42,734 nt of DNA from Candidatus Bathyarchaeia archaeon (GCA_049969855.1 JBMFOB010000011.1:1-42734), one strand, 5' to 3'. Numbered from the stretch's first letter, positions 9,012-18,691 are shown. Numbers and translations: made by a program. The notes: generated by a model from the letters alone, not told the origin.

Positions 9012-10069
9012 GAACCCCCAAGCCAAACCCTACACTCGTAGAGAGCTGAATTTACCGTTACAACATACCTATAGGCAAAAACATTTGAAAGAGAATTGGA
9101 ATTCGCAAAGTCTGCGCCTATTTCAAGCGGCATCTGTGGATAGGCAACCCATTCGGCGAAGAAACTTGTGGAATTCAAACCAGTTATAACCATCAATGTT
9201 GGACTCGAATCAACGAAATTGGGTATGCCATATTCAACAGATTGACTGCTGTTCGCCGTTTGCGTTAAGGTTGAATAATAATTGAAGGCTAAAGCGTAAG
9301 CGTCCAACAATGTTATTTCTGGACATAAGTAAGAAGCGTTTAAAGTATAATTTAGTGGACTAAGCCTCAAAAAAGTGGCATTGGGATTTGGTTCGCCTGA
9401 ATTATGCGCAAAAACGTAAGTGCCAAAAGACACAATTTTAATGTTAGAAACGCTTCTTGCAATCACAATGAGAAGGGCGTGTCCCTCAACAGCGTTTGAA
9501 AGCGTTACGTTAATGTATGTGTCGCCACTAGAAACAAAGGCGTTTTTTGCTTCAAAATAGCTTCTTGCAACAACATAGCTTTTCAATTCTGCTTGAACTG
9601 GGATTCCCTGCTTTATTGTTGAGACTTCAAATTGATAAGTTGTCTCATTCGCTGATGGATATGTTGCTGACAGATTTATTGCAACCTCAAAGATTGGTTT
9701 CAACTCAATCCTAAAGGACACATCTGGCATTTTTAGGGCTGAAAATATGGTGGCATAGCTTAATGCATAACAATTTTCGCTGTTCAACCTTGACATTTTA
9801 TCTATATCCAACTCGTAAGGAGTATCAGAGTCAGCTTTGGCTAAGCCGAATGTTTCTGGAATTGTTTGGCTGTTTTGTCCCCAATCTTCTGGTTCCCCGA
9901 TGTTTAGAAGCAAATATTTTGAGATTTCCGCATACCTTTCAGAAATATTCTCGTTGCTAACACTATTTATGTGGGGGGACAAAATCAGTGAAGAGGCAGC
10001 CATGGCTGAAAGCACAAGAAGAACCATTAAGGAACATGCAAAGAAAGTGTCAACGGATATCGTGGGCAT
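9008..10069 (-). CDS. Pilus-operon membrane-anchored protein (pilin-like, no cleavable leader)
   Basis: N-terminal hydrophobic helix, 'LLLNIGEPEDW...FGLA' segment, many sequons; operon position. Confidence 0.6.
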   Translation of the reverse strand: MPTISVDTFFACSLMVLLVLSAMAASSLILSPHINSVSNENISERYAEISKYLLLNIGEPEDWGQNSQTIPETFGLAKADSDTPYELDIDKMSRLNSENCYALSYATIFSALKMPDVSFRIELKPIFEVAINLSATYPSANETTYQFEVSTIKQGIPVQAELKSYVVARSYFEAKNAFVSSGDTYINVTLSNAVEGHALLIVIARSVSNIKIVSFGTYVFAHNSGEPNPNATFLRLSPLNYTLNASYLCPEITLLDAYALAFNYYSTLTQTANSSQSVEYGIPNFVDSSPTLMVITGLNSTSFFAEWVAYPQMPLEIGADFANSNSLSNVFAYRYVVTVNSALYECRVWLGGS

Positions 10070-10092
10070 TTTAGGGTCAACCTCTATAGTGC

Positions 10093-11607
10093 TTATGTAA
10101 CGATGTTGTACATTCCACCCAGAAAGTTCTGCGAGAGAACAAGCGAAACATAAGCCGTAAGCACAAGCATTGCCGAATACTTAAAGCCAGCAGCAAAAGT
10201 TCCCTCGTTCACTTTGCCAACAAAGAAGCCTGAAAGCCAACACTGCAATATTATGCCCGTGGAAAAGAGGTTTATTTGGTTCTGCATAACTTCCAATGGC
10301 ATGGCTGCTGCTCCTGGAAGAGATATCTGCGTTAATGCGTAAACTGTCATGGCAACCATAGTTGTTGTTAAGGCTATGAGAACGCTCCAAACGAAAGCCA
10401 AAATGACATAGGGCTTCAAAAGCGACTTCTTGTTAGCTTCAACATCCTTGTGCTTTTCACCATAATCCGTCAAAATTTCAAGCGCGGCAGCAGAACCTCC
10501 ACCAATCTTTATTGTTTCGACAAGAATTAGGAAGTTTACAAGCACGGGCCATGTTTGAATTTTCTGTTTAACATTAACGAAAATTTTCTTTAGAGAAACT
10601 CCCCACTCCATTTGGCTTCTGATGAGGTTTAGTGTTTCTGAAAATTTTCCATAACCACTGCGTTTTGTGGCGTGGATTATGCTCTTCTCAGGCGAAAGTC
10701 CAATCTTTCTGGCTTCTGTCACGTCTCTTAGGAAGCTTGGCATGAAGTTTTCTGCATCATTGTTTATTTTAGCAATCTTCATGTAAACGATGCTTGGCGG
10801 AATGGAAATGGCTAGAAGACAAGCTGTGACAACGAAGGGAAACGTGAGTGGAGTTGTGAGATATTGGAGTTGGGGCAGAAAATATAAGGCTGCTATGAAA
10901 CTTGATGTAGCGATTAATGGCAATATTGTAGCATAATAGGGTTTAATGGGTCCTATCAAATTGCTTCGTCTCTCAGCATGGGCAACAATCATGAAAACCA
11001 TAGAAATTAGCGGAGTTACAAAGAATATGAGAATGCAAACTGTTGCCGTTGAAATGCCCGGCGTTCCACTGACTTTCATTGGCTCAAAAATTGATGTGGT
11101 TGCAAAAATTATGAAGAGTATGTAAGAACATAATGTTACGATTAGCATCACTGCGTAGGCTTCCACCAAAGTGCCAAGTCTCTCAATTGAGCGGATTGCC
11201 GCTGCACTTTGAACCTCAAAAATTGAACGCAACTTACTCTTGAGATAGCTTACTATGCTTCCTCCGCTTCTGACAGAGGAAACGTATCCGAGAAGGAATT
11301 CTCTGTAATTCTTTGACTTGGTTTTTGCAGCCCTTTTATACATGACAGTTAATGGGTCATAACCCAAAACTTCCACTTGCCTAACAATTTCTTTTGCCTC
11401 TTTCTGAAAAATTGGCAATAAGTCTATGCTGCACAGTTTTTTCCAACTTTCATAAATTGTTACTCCGCTTGCAGCCAGCAATGTGAAGAGGAGGGCGGCG
11501 AAGGGCAATTCACGGTCTATTTCGCCAGTTTCTTCCTTCTTGTAAAGGCTCAGCATCCACCCGAAAATTTTCGGCGTCTTAATTGGCATTTGCAATTTTT
11601 TCACCAC
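10093..11607 (-). CDS. Type II secretion system F family / TadC-like pilus platform protein
   Basis: Two repeated cytoplasmic domains (ELPFA...AASG; MPSFLRDV..A..G) separated by TM bundles; directly downstream of the ATPase. Confidence 0.9.
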   Translation of the reverse strand: MVKKLQMPIKTPKIFGWMLSLYKKEETGEIDRELPFAALLFTLLAASGVTIYESWKKLCSIDLLPIFQKEAKEIVRQVEVLGYDPLTVMYKRAAKTKSKNYREFLLGYVSSVRSGGSIVSYLKSKLRSIFEVQSAAAIRSIERLGTLVEAYAVMLIVTLCSYILFIIFATTSIFEPMKVSGTPGISTATVCILIFFVTPLISMVFMIVAHAERRSNLIGPIKPYYATILPLIATSSFIAALYFLPQLQYLTTPLTFPFVVTACLLAISIPPSIVYMKIAKINNDAENFMPSFLRDVTEARKIGLSPEKSIIHATKRSGYGKFSETLNLIRSQMEWGVSLKKIFVNVKQKIQTWPVLVNFLILVETIKIGGGSAAALEILTDYGEKHKDVEANKKSLLKPYVILAFVWSVLIALTTTMVAMTVYALTQISLPGAAAMPLEVMQNQINLFSTGIILQCWLSGFFVGKVNEGTFAAGFKYSAMLVLTAYVSLVLSQNFLGGMYNIVT

Positions 11608-13211
11608 TTGGGTTTTTCCAAAAATTCCCTTTGGAAAAGTTGAGGATTATTGTAGTATTTGCTTAGAACTTTGTTCACGCTTCTGTAATCGCGAATGCCA
11701 TGTTCAACCATGTGGATTAGCACTCTTTTACGATATTCAAGCTCATCCAAAAGTCTTTCAATTGGAATGTCAAGGCTTGTAGCCATTTTTTTAAGAAGGT
11801 AGCTTTCAGAAAGTTTCTCTTGAAACGTATCAGTGGAAGGGTTCCAACTGAAAACTTCTTGAAATGTGTTTGCATCTTTTATCTCTGAAATGCTTATGAA
11901 CTTCCTACTTGACAGTCGCTTTCCAGACTCTAAGAAAACTGGTGTTCTAACATGCTTCACATTTATTACGCAGTTCATGAGCGGAATTATTGATGGCGGA
12001 ATATTCATTGGAGGCTGAGTAAGCCTCTTAATGGCTGTGTCAACATCTTCAGCGTGTAAAGTGCATAAACCGCCATGTCCAGTGGCTAAAGCCTGAAATA
12101 GTACGTATGCTTCTTCGCCTCTTACTTCGCCTACTATTATTAGGTCTGGACGGTGTCGGACGGCTGATTTGATTAAGTCGTAAAGGGTAATTTCGCCTTC
12201 GCTTTCAACTCCGAAGCCTGAACGGGCGATTGTTGATGTCCAGTTTTCGTGTGGAAGGTTTATTTCTGCAACTTCTTCCACTGAAATCACTTTGTAATTT
12301 GGTTGTATTAGGCATGCTATTGCGTTTAGGGCTGTTGTTTTTCCAGCGCCCGTAGCGCCGATAATCATAAGCGACATTTTATTCTCCATCAGAAGCCAAA
12401 GGTATGCGGCTATGCTTTCGTCTATTGTTTCATTTTCAATCAAGTCTATTATTGTGAATGGGTCTTTGCGGAACTTTCTAACAGTGAAAGACGTTCCATA
12501 TGGGGTTGTTTCCTTTCCAAAAGAAACAGCTAATCTGTGCTTTTCGGGTAGGGTAACGTCAACTATGGGGAAGGCTATGCTAACGTGTTTTCCAGCCTTG
12601 TGGACAACGCGCATTACGAAGTCGTCGAGTTCCTGCTCGTCTCTGAAGATTATGTTGGTTTTTATGTTTTCATATTTTCTATGCCAAAGAAAAATTGGCT
12701 TGTTGATTCCGCTGCATCCGATGTCTTCAACATAATCATCATACATTAGTGGGTCTATTTTTCCATAGCCAACAATGTCTCTTTCCAAGTAATATAGGAC
12801 TTTGCGCATTCCAACCGGGGAGATTCCCTTGAAAAGTTTTTGGTGATTTGAGAGTATTATTGGCATCTGCCTTCTAAAAGATTCTGTTAGGGTTTCTTCG
12901 CCTTCTGGCGCTTGAAGTTCATATTCAAGAATATTCCTTAACCTAAAGTAGCCTTCTCTTTCGTCCCTATTTAATGGAAGTTCGTCTAAAACGTAAAGGT
13001 ATTCGAGGGTTTCCTCGTTTTGGACTATGGCAGCGTATGAGAATGGTGGTTTAAGCGGATAATATTCAACTTCTACGAAACCTTCTGGGACACTCCATTT
13101 TTTGACGTCTAAAAACTCAACAAGTTCTCCTTCGCCTTTAAGCATTTCTTGAACTTCTTCGCTTTTTTGCCCCTTATCTTTACGTAATTTGAGGTCAAAT
13201 TTCACTTTCAT
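11601..13211 (-). CDS. Type II/IV secretion system ATPase (VirB11/FlaI-like pilus assembly ATPase)
   Basis: Walker A GATGAGKT, SVEEVAEI, RHRPDLIIVGEVRG, ATGHGGLCTLHA. Confidence 0.95.
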   Translation of the reverse strand: MKVKFDLKLRKDKGQKSEEVQEMLKGEGELVEFLDVKKWSVPEGFVEVEYYPLKPPFSYAAIVQNEETLEYLYVLDELPLNRDEREGYFRLRNILEYELQAPEGEETLTESFRRQMPIILSNHQKLFKGISPVGMRKVLYYLERDIVGYGKIDPLMYDDYVEDIGCSGINKPIFLWHRKYENIKTNIIFRDEQELDDFVMRVVHKAGKHVSIAFPIVDVTLPEKHRLAVSFGKETTPYGTSFTVRKFRKDPFTIIDLIENETIDESIAAYLWLLMENKMSLMIIGATGAGKTTALNAIACLIQPNYKVISVEEVAEINLPHENWTSTIARSGFGVESEGEITLYDLIKSAVRHRPDLIIVGEVRGEEAYVLFQALATGHGGLCTLHAEDVDTAIKRLTQPPMNIPPSIIPLMNCVINVKHVRTPVFLESGKRLSSRKFISISEIKDANTFQEVFSWNPSTDTFQEKLSESYLLKKMATSLDIPIERLLDELEYRKRVLIHMVEHGIRDYRSVNKVLSKYYNNPQLFQREFLEKPKW

Positions 13212-13666
13212 TCACCTTCCCCTGAGCTTTTAAGCTGAATCCTCAAAAAGCCAGCCTCAGAATGGCATTCCAATTGTGCGGCTCCATATCCTCCAACATA
13301 ATAGCCCGTAGCCCAAACTTCTTTAGGAAGATAAACGTGCAGTTCTGCGCCTTCTATGGGCATAGTTCCGAAGCCTCCCTCTAACCATGCCTTTCCAGAA
13401 TCGTTGCGGAACTGAAGCCAATACTGTTTGTCGCCTATGGTTGTTGGCATTTGAAGATAGCTCTGAGTTGTGGCGTTTGCTGTTAGTGTGAGTGTTACCA
13501 GCTTTGTGGTTTCGGCAGCCACATAATCCATAAGGTTCTTTAGTTGTCTCACTTCTGATGAAAAACGTATGGCGTTGGCGTAAGCCATAAAGGAGAATAT
13601 GAGTAGGCTGCTAACGGCTATTAAGGCGATGAAAGTGTATAGGTAACTTGGTGTTATGGAAGGCAA
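13208..13666 (-). CDS. Pilus-operon membrane-anchored protein (pilin-like)
   Basis: N-terminal TM helix followed by an amphipathic helix and 'LQMPTTIGDKQY'; overlaps the ATPase start. Confidence 0.6.
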   Translation of the reverse strand: MPSITPSYLYTFIALIAVSSLLIFSFMAYANAIRFSSEVRQLKNLMDYVAAETTKLVTLTLTANATTQSYLQMPTTIGDKQYWLQFRNDSGKAWLEGGFGTMPIEGAELHVYLPKEVWATGYYVGGYGAAQLECHSEAGFLRIQLKSSGEGE

Positions 13667-13668
13667 AT

Positions 13669-14496
13669 TTACACCTCTGTCCTGCTAATTTTTAAGTTGC
13701 ATACTGTTACCTCAATGTTCACCAAAGCGCCTTCGGAACTGCTTGAAATTGGAAGCCAAACTGTGCCAGAATTTCCGTCAAATGTTACTTTTAATGCAAG
13801 AGAGGAAATCGCATAATCAAACGCATATTGGCTTGTGGTTGTTGTAACGTTTAGAGAAGCCACTTTTAAGTAAAACTTTTCTCTAAGCGTCAAAGTTTGT
13901 GAGGAATTAAGGTTTAAGATGTTTATGCGAATGATGTTTAATGGTTTTGCATTAACCGAGCCGATGACTGCTGCTGTTGCCAATGGACGATAGCATAGAA
14001 TCAATGTTTGGGCTTCTTCGCCTAATGTAACATAAAGCTGAGATATTGTGGATGAACTTGTGTTTATTATTGGTCGCTCATCGCCTCTTAGGAATGAGTT
14101 GTCGTAATAAAATTCTGCTGGTTCAAGTTCGTACAGAACTTTTCCAATGGAACTGTTGAACACTATGTCAGAAAAGGTTTGCTCGTCAGTGAAGTTTATG
14201 ATGAGGGCTTTGGCTGTGGGTTCTGTTTTGAAAACGCCTCCACAATCATCCATATAAACAATTTGCGAAGCGCCGAAACTCCAAGCCACAGAGCGAACTG
14301 CATCATCTAAAGTTTGCATGTTCTGTTTAGCCACAGAAGCCCTAAAGTAGGCGCCTCTAGCGCTAATTTTTACTATGGCTAGGCTGTAGGTTACGGAGAT
14401 TATTGCCATAAGCGAGACAAAGAGGATTAAGTATGTGACTGGTATGGCTAACGCCCTTTTTGACCGTAATAACTTTGTTAATCTTTTATGGCGCAA
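13669..14496 (-). CDS. Putative minor pilin with class III signal peptide
   Basis: LLRSKRA|LAIPVTYLILFVSLM. Start moved to TTG 14496 because GAGAGGAG (RBS) and a TATA box lie upstream, inside the track's longer ORF. Confidence 0.65.
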   Translation of the reverse strand: MRHKRLTKLLRSKRALAIPVTYLILFVSLMAIISVTYSLAIVKISARGAYFRASVAKQNMQTLDDAVRSVAWSFGASQIVYMDDCGGVFKTEPTAKALIINFTDEQTFSDIVFNSSIGKVLYELEPAEFYYDNSFLRGDERPIINTSSSTISQLYVTLGEEAQTLILCYRPLATAAVIGSVNAKPLNIIRINILNLNSSQTLTLREKFYLKVASLNVTTTTSQYAFDYAISSLALKVTFDGNSGTVWLPISSSSEGALVNIEVTVCNLKISRTEV

Positions 14497-14562
14497 TGGT
14501 TTCGCAGTCTCCTCTCTTGCATTCCAAAAAGAAGCTTTCCATTTTATAGTAAGATAAGAAGG

Positions 14563-14588
14563 TGTGCGTAGAACAAAACTACACATAA
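14563..14588. promoter_or_regulatory. Imperfect palindromic operator-like motif, copy 1, upstream of the pilus assembly operon
   Basis: TGTGCGTAGAACAAAACTACACATAA; 25/26 identical to 15876-15901; minus-strand TATA (CTATAAAA) at about 14542-14549. Confidence 0.7.
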
Positions 14589-14635
14589 GTATACAAAATC
14601 AATAATTTAAAAATCGATACAAAATTAGAACGCAT

Positions 14636-14668
14636 AAAAACAAGGGAACAAAAGAAAAAGAAGGATTT
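14636..14668 (-). terminator. Oligo-T archaeal terminator after the pilin pair
   Basis: Minus strand reads ...TCCTTCTTTTTCTTTTGTTCCCTTGTTTTT just after the stop at 14676. Confidence 0.5.
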
Positions 14669-14675
14669 AAGCTGC

Positions 14676-15236
14676 CTATTGAGCAGCCTCAACGTTTGTC
14701 TCTTTGTAGTATTGGGCATTTGATGTGAACACCGTTATGCCAACAGTCAACCCAACATCGTTCAAAGCAATACTATCAGGGTTCTTAATGTAGACAACCA
14801 TCGTATAACCAGAAATCAAAGTTAAATCGTCGGAAGCTTGTGTGAAGTTTCGCACTTGGCTCTGCACGGTTATGTTGAAACTTGGACCTGTAAGCTCAGT
14901 TGGTGTCACCGACAGATCCGTTGAAATTGTTTCAGTGTTTGTTCGCCAGTAGTAAACATTCTGCCATGAGCATTCTTGTCCTCTCACAGTTATCTTATCT
15001 AAGACCACATCTTTTCCGCCGGTGTTAACGATGATTATCGCAGCTTCAGCCCAACTGCCAGTTGTGTTGTACCAAATGTGCTGTTTTGTCAAGTGAAGTG
15101 ATTCCTCTTGCACCCTTGTCGTAGTCACGTTTATTGCGTAGAATGTGACAACCGTTGCTAGCAATACTGAAACCACTAGGATAATCAGCGTTGTTACCAC
15201 TGTGCTGAGCGCTCTCTTATTCTTTAATAGTTTCAT
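14676..15236 (-). CDS. Type IV pilin (archaellin-like N-terminus), major pilin candidate 2
   Basis: MKLLKNKRA|LSTVVTTLIILVVSVLLATVV class III signal peptide; paralog of 15253-15825. Confidence 0.85.
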   Translation of the reverse strand: MKLLKNKRALSTVVTTLIILVVSVLLATVVTFYAINVTTTRVQEESLHLTKQHIWYNTTGSWAEAAIIIVNTGGKDVVLDKITVRGQECSWQNVYYWRTNTETISTDLSVTPTELTGPSFNITVQSQVRNFTQASDDLTLISGYTMVVYIKNPDSIALNDVGLTVGITVFTSNAQYYKETNVEAAQ

Positions 15237-15252
15237 TTGACTTGTCCCTCCG

Positions 15253-15825
15253 CTACTGTGCAGCCTGGACGTTTGTCTCTTTGTAGTATTGGGCGTTTGA
15301 AGTGAACACCGTTATGCCGACGGTTATGCCAACATCGTTCAAAGCAATACTGTCGGGTTGATCAATGTATACAACCATAGTGTACCCTGATCTTATGGTC
15401 AGATCATCAGTGGCCCTTGTGAAAGTTCGTGGACTGACTTGAACGGTGATCGAAGTTGTGTTTGCTACGGTTATACCTGGCAATCTATCTGGAGTGACTG
15501 ACAAATCATTTGAAATTGTCACAGTGTTGTCTCTCCAATAAAATAGACTTGTCCATGAGCATTCTTGTCCTCTCACAGTGATTTTGTCTAGGACGACGTC
15601 TTTTCCGCCAGTGTTGATTATGACTATGGCTGCTTGAGCCCAACTGCCCGTAGTGTTGTACCATACATGTTGTTTTGTTAGGAACAGTGATTCTTCTTGT
15701 ACTCGTGTTGTTGTCACGTTTATGGCGTAGAAGGTTACAACCGTCGCCAGTAGCACTGAAACCACTAGGATAATGAGCGTTGTTACCACTGTGCTTAATG
15801 CTTTCTTATTCTTTAACAAGTTCAT
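15253..15825 (-). CDS. Type IV pilin (archaellin-like N-terminus), major pilin candidate 1
   Basis: MNLLKNKKA|LSTVVTTLIILVVSVLLATVV class III signal peptide; tandem paralog. Confidence 0.85.
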   Translation of the reverse strand: MNLLKNKKALSTVVTTLIILVVSVLLATVVTFYAINVTTTRVQEESLFLTKQHVWYNTTGSWAQAAIVIINTGGKDVVLDKITVRGQECSWTSLFYWRDNTVTISNDLSVTPDRLPGITVANTTSITVQVSPRTFTRATDDLTIRSGYTMVVYIDQPDSIALNDVGITVGITVFTSNAQYYKETNVQAAQ

Positions 15826-15875
15826 TTTTTTTCTCTCCGTGGAGCAGAATCAGTTTGGGTTTAAATATGATGGTT

Positions 15876-15901
15876 TGTGCGTAGAACAAAGCTACACATA
15901 A
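15876..15901. promoter_or_regulatory. Imperfect palindromic operator-like motif, copy 2, upstream of the pilin pair
   Basis: TGTGCGTAGAACAAAGCTACACATAA; minus-strand TATA-like ATATTTAAA at 15860-15868. Confidence 0.7.
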
Positions 15902-15989
15902 CTGTAGACTTGTAAAACAGTTAGCCAACCACAAAAGTTTAAACTTGTTTAAAGAAATCATACGGAATCTTTAATTATTCTCCACAATT

Positions 15990-16853
15990 GTGGAAATGAA
16001 CGGTGTAGTGAAGGTGGAGAAGGAACATAAGTTACCCACTTCGTTAATTGTTGTTTCAACTGCTCTTTGTGCTGCGTTATATTCTGTAGGTGCCTATGCG
16101 ACATCATATATTCAATCGCCTTGGGGAATGGGACAGTTTCGTCCAGCAGTGATTATTCCCGCGTTTTTCGCCACCATATTTGGTCCTTGGACGGGTGGAG
16201 TAGGAGCAGCATTGGGCACCTTAATTTGTGATTCAGTTAAACATGGCACTCTTCACATGGGCAGTCTTATAGCTGCTGTGCCAGGTAATTTTGTTGGTTT
16301 CTTTTTATTTGGCCATATTGTTAAAAAGAAGTTTACATGGGGAAGGTTTGTTTTAGCATCGAATGTAACTCTTGTCATTGGAAACTTAATTGTAGGCTTT
16401 CTTTACGTTTTTGCTTATAAATTGCTTTATGCCCAAGCTCTCCAAATGTCATTAGAAGCTTTAACTCTACTTTCTTTAGGCTTAACAATTTTCTGGTTTA
16501 TAACAATGCTTCCTTTTGTGCTTTTGGTGACTCCACCACTTATAAGGGCGGCTGCTATGGCTTTTCCTGGAATCGTGTCTGAAGAGATAAGAATGCACTC
16601 TTTGAAGAGTGAGATTCCAAAAAAGACCTTTGGTTTAGCATTAGCAGTTCCTGGAATAGTCATGCTTTTAGTTGGTTTAGCAACAACCTATTCGCCTTTT
16701 GGAAGCTATTTGGCAACCAATTTTGCAAGCACTTTTACACCCCTTGTCATGGATTTACTTCAACTTTTGTTCTATGGAAGTGGCATTATCCTCTCAATTT
16801 TAGGCTTCATAGTGTTGGGTGCAAAACCTTTCATGACTAAAAAGCAAAAATAA
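15990..16853 (+). CDS. ECF S-component-like membrane protein with extra C-terminal helices
   Basis: GQFRPAVIIPAFFATIFGPWTGGVGAALGTLICD S-component-like motif; multiple TM segments. Confidence 0.6.
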   Translation: MEMNGVVKVEKEHKLPTSLIVVSTALCAALYSVGAYATSYIQSPWGMGQFRPAVIIPAFFATIFGPWTGGVGAALGTLICDSVKHGTLHMGSLIAAVPGNFVGFFLFGHIVKKKFTWGRFVLASNVTLVIGNLIVGFLYVFAYKLLYAQALQMSLEALTLLSLGLTIFWFITMLPFVLLVTPPLIRAAAMAFPGIVSEEIRMHSLKSEIPKKTFGLALAVPGIVMLLVGLATTYSPFGSYLATNFASTFTPLVMDLLQLLFYGSGIILSILGFIVLGAKPFMTKKQK

Positions 16854-16888
16854 AAGTTAAGATAAAAGGCAATTGTAAGTGGCATAGA

Positions 16889-17374
16889 ATGAGAAAAAGT
16901 TTCAAAACCGTGGCTGTTGGCGGCACCTTTGACGAGCTTCATAAGGGACACAGAGCCTTACTAATGAAGGCTTTTGAGGTTGGCGAACGTGTTCTGATAG
17001 GTTTATGCTCTGACAGGCTTGTAGAAAGCCTAACAAAACCCCATGCGACAGCCACATACAATGAAAGGCTTAGGGAGCTTAAAGAGTTTCTACGCGAAAA
17101 GGGTTTTTTGGAAAGGGCTGAAATTATGCCGTTAAATGACCCTTTCGGCGTAACATTGTCTGAAGGCTGCGTTGAGGCTTTGGTTGTCAGCAGAGAAACA
17201 GAACCAATGGCTAATAGAATAAATGCAGAGCGTGCCAGAAGGGGTTTGAAGCCTTTGGAAATTGTTGTTATTGACATGGTTCCATCGGAGAATCATGCGC
17301 CAATCTCCACCACAAGAATTCGAAGGGGCGAAATAGACAGAGAAGGACACATAATAAAAAATTGGCATAATTAA
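16889..17374 (+). CDS. coaD: Archaeal phosphopantetheine adenylyltransferase
   Basis: VGGTFDELHKGH, LVVSRET, INAERARRGLKPL, ISTTRIRRGEID. Confidence 0.92.
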   Translation: MRKSFKTVAVGGTFDELHKGHRALLMKAFEVGERVLIGLCSDRLVESLTKPHATATYNERLRELKEFLREKGFLERAEIMPLNDPFGVTLSEGCVEALVVSRETEPMANRINAERARRGLKPLEIVVIDMVPSENHAPISTTRIRRGEIDREGHIIKNWHN

Positions 17375-17563
17375 TAGACCAAACCTTATAGGTTTGAAGA
17401 TGGGGCGAAAACTCTAGAGGGGGAGGGGGTAGAGAAAATAAGGTTGAAAACAACTCCATTTTCCAACATTGCCAAAACTATAGAAGAAATATCACAAAAT
17501 TGGGGTTTGGCAAGGTAAAAATAATGCTTAAAGCATAGCATATTGTTGGGTTTGACAGAGCTT

Positions 17564-18691
17564 ATGCAAAGAACAGGTGTCGCTAAGCTTCCACTTCATT
17601 ATGGAAAAGCCCCAAAATGGCTAGTTGTTCGTATGCAAAAATTAGCAAAAGAAATCGTCACAATAATCGTTGATGAGTATGGTTCTGACGAGTTCCTAAA
17701 ACGCTTATCAGACCCGTTTTGGTTTCAGGCTTTAGGCTGCGTTTTGGGTTATGACTGGCACTCTTCAGGCGTAACAACCGTCGTAACAGGAGTTTTAAAA
17801 CAAGCCATAATCCCAGAAGAGCATGGCATAGCTGTATGCGGCGGAAAAGGCAAAATTTCAAGACAAACCCCTCTAGAAATTGAGCGGGTAAGCGAAAAAT
17901 TCGGATTTTCAACAAGCAAAACAGAAGATCTACGCTATGCAAGCAAAATGAGCGCAAAGGTGGATAACACTGCCATCCAAGCAGGCTACCAACTATACCA
18001 TCACGCCTTCTTCTTAACCGAAAAGGGCGAGTGGGCTGTTATTCAGCAAGGCATGTGCCCCCAAGACAGAACAGCAAGACGTTACCATTGGCTTTCAGAA
18101 AAAATCCAAAACTTCGTGGTGGAACCGCACAACGCCATAGTTGGTGACGTAAAACGTGATATTGCCTTAGACATGACGGCGAAAGAAAGCGAAGGCTGCA
18201 GAAAAGCCTCAGTAGACATAGCAAAAGAAAAACCAAACAAAATTATGCGTTTAATCATGTCCGTAAGACCAGCCCACCAAAAATCGCTTCAAGAATGGCT
18301 TCCAAAAACCACAGAAACCGCATGGAAAGAATATCCAATAGAAGTTTTATCCATGCCAACAAACATAAACTGGAAAGCCCTTCAAGAAGTTTACGAGTTC
18401 CAACCAAGCAATTACGAAGAACTTTTAGCCTTTAAAGGCGTAGGACCAGCCACAGTAAGAGGCTTAGCATTAATAGCAGAACTCATTTACGGAGAAAAGG
18501 CATGCTGGAAAGACCCAGTGAAATACTCCTTCGCCTACGGCGGAAAAGACGGAGTCCCCCACCCCGTTGACCGAGAAGCCATGGACGAATCAATAAGGCT
18601 GTTAAAGCAAGCAATAGAACAAGCAAAAATAGGCAATAAAGAGCGGATACGCTCATTAGAGAGGCTTCGCCAGTTCGTTCCCAAACATTAA
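17564..18691 (+). CDS. DUF763 domain protein
   Basis: [60 protein letters not shown]. Start placed at MQRTG. Confidence 0.9.
   Translation: MQRTGVAKLPLHYGKAPKWLVVRMQKLAKEIVTIIVDEYGSDEFLKRLSDPFWFQALGCVLGYDWHSSGVTTVVTGVLKQAIIPEEHGIAVCGGKGKISRQTPLEIERVSEKFGFSTSKTEDLRYASKMSAKVDNTAIQAGYQLYHHAFFLTEKGEWAVIQQGMCPQDRTARRYHWLSEKIQNFVVEPHNAIVGDVKRDIALDMTAKESEGCRKASVDIAKEKPNKIMRLIMSVRPAHQKSLQEWLPKTTETAWKEYPIEVLSMPTNINWKALQEVYEFQPSNYEELLAFKGVGPATVRGLALIAELIYGEKACWKDPVKYSFAYGGKDGVPHPVDREAMDESIRLLKQAIEQAKIGNKERIRSLERLRQFVPKH

Noticed and set aside
7816-15825. Archaellum (motility) locus
   Set aside because: No recognisable arlH, arlF/G or chemotaxis genes; the organisation fits a type IV pilus.
14563-15901. 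CRISPR array from the 26-bp repeat
   Set aside because: Only two copies, 1.3 kb apart and separated by genes; no cas genes.
15935-15946. Perfect palindrome AAGTTTAAACTT
   Set aside because: Most simply the TATA region of the downstream plus-strand gene; single occurrence.
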